From positions 1,260,001-1,292,000 of the forward strand of contig CP006868.1 of the NCBI GenBank assembly GCA_025340205.1: a stretch of 32,000 nucleotides of DNA, in the 5' to 3' direction. Below are positions 30,567 to 32,000 of the stretch, piece after piece (the stretch's first letter is position 1; the number at the start of each line of letters is the position of its first letter). The notes beneath the pieces are model-generated. The model did no database searches. It was not told the DNA's origin and saw only the letters and a program-made list of their open reading frames with translations. The translations under genes and the position numbers were made by a program. Origin of the DNA: Ignicoccus pacificus DSM 13166 (GTDB lineage Archaea > Thermoproteota > Thermoprotei_A > Sulfolobales > Ignicoccaceae).

Positions 30567-32000
30567 GAATAGACGCTCAGAACATGACTCCAAAGGAGCT
30601 AAACAGGGAACTGAAGGAGAAAGCTAAGAGGTACAAGAAAATAATAATACTAAATCCTAACGCCAAGCACTACATAGCCGCTGGACTGGTAGCGGACGTT
30701 GAAGTCGAGATCGAGGGAAGCGCCGGCTACTTCCTAGGAACCATGATCCACGGGCCTAAGATTACGCTCAAGGGCAACGCGGGCTGGTACGTAGGAGATA
30801 ACATGACTATGGGAGAGATAGTGGTTAAGGGACACGCCGGAAACGGAGTCGGTCAGTACATGTACGGAGGAACTGTGGTCGTTGAAGGAGATGCCGGAGA
30901 TAGGAGTGCAGCCCTAATGAAGAATGGAATAGTAATCGTTAAGGGAGACGCTGGCTTAATGACTGGCCTTTACATGATGGGAGGTAAGGTAATCGTACTC
31001 GGAGATCTCAACGAGTACGCGGGAGAGATGATAATTAACGGTAGGATCTACATAGGAGGGGCCCCCAAGAGCCTAGGCAAGAACGCCAAGCTGGAGGAGG
31101 CCAAGCCAGAGGAGGTGGAGGAGGTAAACAAGATACTGAGGAAGTACGGCCTCCCCGAGAAGGACAGCTTCTACGTGATAGTTCCCAAGAGCTTGAGGCC
31201 TGTTTACAAGCCTCCATCCGGAACTCCCGCAATGAAGAAGCTCTTACCCAAGTTCAAGACCGAGTTCACCTATGAGCTCTGCATAGGCTGCGGAGTCTGC
31301 GCACAAGTCTGCCCCGAGAAGGTAATCAAGATGGTCGGAAACAAGCCAGTGGCTGCTAGACAAGCGGATTGCATAGGCTGCTACGCTTGCGTGAACTACT
31401 GTCCGACGGATGCGGTTAAGGTCTTCAGGGTGGCGGAGAGCAAGACCAACAGAGCTAACATAGACGCCTCGATATACAACTACATAAGGCAGATGGCCTC
31501 CGTAGGTCATCCTCCCGTAGTCGGAATGGGAGCGGAGAACAAGTACTTCCCCTCTCTAGATCAGCTTACCTTCATACCCGGCCAGACCTCTAGACCGCCC
31601 ATAGACAGCTACAGAGAGCCTTGCGACACCGAGGTGATCCTAGGCCATAGGTTCGCCGAGAAGCCCTTGAAGCTCAAGGCTCCGATAATGATAGGTGCCA
31701 TGAGCTTCGGCTCCGTCAGCAAGGAGGTAAAGATAGCGTTAGCTAAGGCGGCCGGAAGGCTGGGAATAGCCGCTAACACCGGAGAGGGAGGAATGCTCCC
31801 TGAAGAGAGGAAGTACGCCTCGATACTAATAGTCCAGTATGCCTCTGGAAGGTTCGGCGTGTCCGCTTCTTACCTAAGGTCCGGAGACGCTGTAGAGATC
31901 AAGATAGGGCAAGGAGCGAAGCCGGGAATGGGAGGACTCCTATTAGGAGAGAAGGTAACCGAGGACATCTCGAAGATGAGAGGGATCCCAATAGGCACCG
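30554..32000 (+). CDS. glutamate synthase fusion: GXGXG (GltB domain 3) + 2x[4Fe-4S] ferredoxin + FMN-binding domain (GltB domain 2); partial, runs off the window end
   Basis: It is not in the ORF track because it is open at the window end. I translated 30554 onward and found no stop. It contains GXGXG beta-helix repeats (GSAGYFLG..GNAGWYVG..GHAGNGVG..GDAGDRSA..GDAGLMTG). Two ferredoxin motifs follow, CIGCGVCAQVCP and CIGCYACVNYCP. The FMN domain then follows (MSFGSVSKE...NTGEGG...KIGQGAKPGMGG). The ATG overlaps the previous gene by 13 nt. Confidence 0.85.
   Translation, partial: MEAVRIDAQNMTPKELNRELKEKAKRYKKIIILNPNAKHYIAAGLVADVEVEIEGSAGYFLGTMIHGPKITLKGNAGWYVGDNMTMGEIVVKGHAGNGVGQYMYGGTVVVEGDAGDRSAALMKNGIVIVKGDAGLMTGLYMMGGKVIVLGDLNEYAGEMIINGRIYIGGAPKSLGKNAKLEEAKPEEVEEVNKILRKYGLPEKDSFYVIVPKSLRPVYKPPSGTPAMKKLLPKFKTEFTYELCIGCGVCAQVCPEKVIKMVGNKPVAARQADCIGCYACVNYCPTDAVKVFRVAESKTNRANIDASIYNYIRQMASVGHPPVVGMGAENKYFPSLDQLTFIPGQTSRPPIDSYREPCDTEVILGHRFAEKPLKLKAPIMIGAMSFGSVSKEVKIALAKAAGRLGIAANTGEGGMLPEERKYASILIVQYASGRFGVSASYLRSGDAVEIKIGQGAKPGMGGLLLGEKVTEDISKMRGIPIGT

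Noticed and set aside
31035-31510. Two minus-strand ORFs (65 and 88 aa) listed in the track.
   Set aside because: They lie inside the uninterrupted plus-strand glutamate synthase fusion ORF (30554 to the window end), whose translation carries strong GXGXG, ferredoxin and FMN-domain motifs.
1-32000. I searched for CRISPR arrays, tRNA/rRNA genes, transposases and integrases, prompted by the Cas6-like gene.
   Set aside because: I found no run of regularly spaced direct repeats, and the intergenic gaps are all under 360 bp. There are no canonical tRNA T-arm/acceptor sequences and no ORF with DDE, tyrosine or serine recombinase motifs.

Overview
This is a dense archaeal chromosomal window of roughly 50% GC. 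Supporting signs are K/E/I/R-rich proteins with AGG/ATA/AAG codon bias, many GTG/TTG starts, 4-nt start/stop overlaps, and TATA-like boxes about 30 nt upstream of starts. Archaeal markers present are ribosomal protein S6e, aMBF1, Lrp/AsnC, Trm5 and a split archaeal-type glutamate synthase. The source is probably a hyperthermophilic Thermoproteota (Crenarchaeota) or Korarchaeota-like organism, but I cannot name it from sequence alone. I support about 38 CDS. I found no rRNA, tRNA, CRISPR array, transposase or integrase. Housekeeping and transport genes dominate: EamA/DMT, MMPL/RND, MFS, ArsB/NhaD, an FtsX-like permease, a peptide-type ABC importer, HAD phosphatase, amidohydrolase, cysteine synthase family and glutamate synthase. 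The accessory-looking content is: (1) a Cas6-like RAMP protein with no array or other cas genes, sitting between rps6e and a tightly following polytopic membrane protein; (2) a solo ABC/SMC-like ATPase homolog with degenerate Walker A and H-loop; (3) a four-gene translationally coupled minus-strand operon (small TM peptide, membrane-anchored DUF4097/LiaF-like beta-rich protein, 5-TM protein, wHTH regulator), where the wHTH reading frame is open upstream without a start codon and joins the preceding gene across an A5 tract; (4) an ABC importer operon lacking ATPase genes, with a TrmO/TsaA-like gene inserted; (5) an intact DUF104-PIN (VapBC-type) pair and a decayed MNT-HEPN pair; (6) several short palindromes and a G11 homopolymer. 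All family assignments come from motif recognition by eye and need HMM or structure confirmation.
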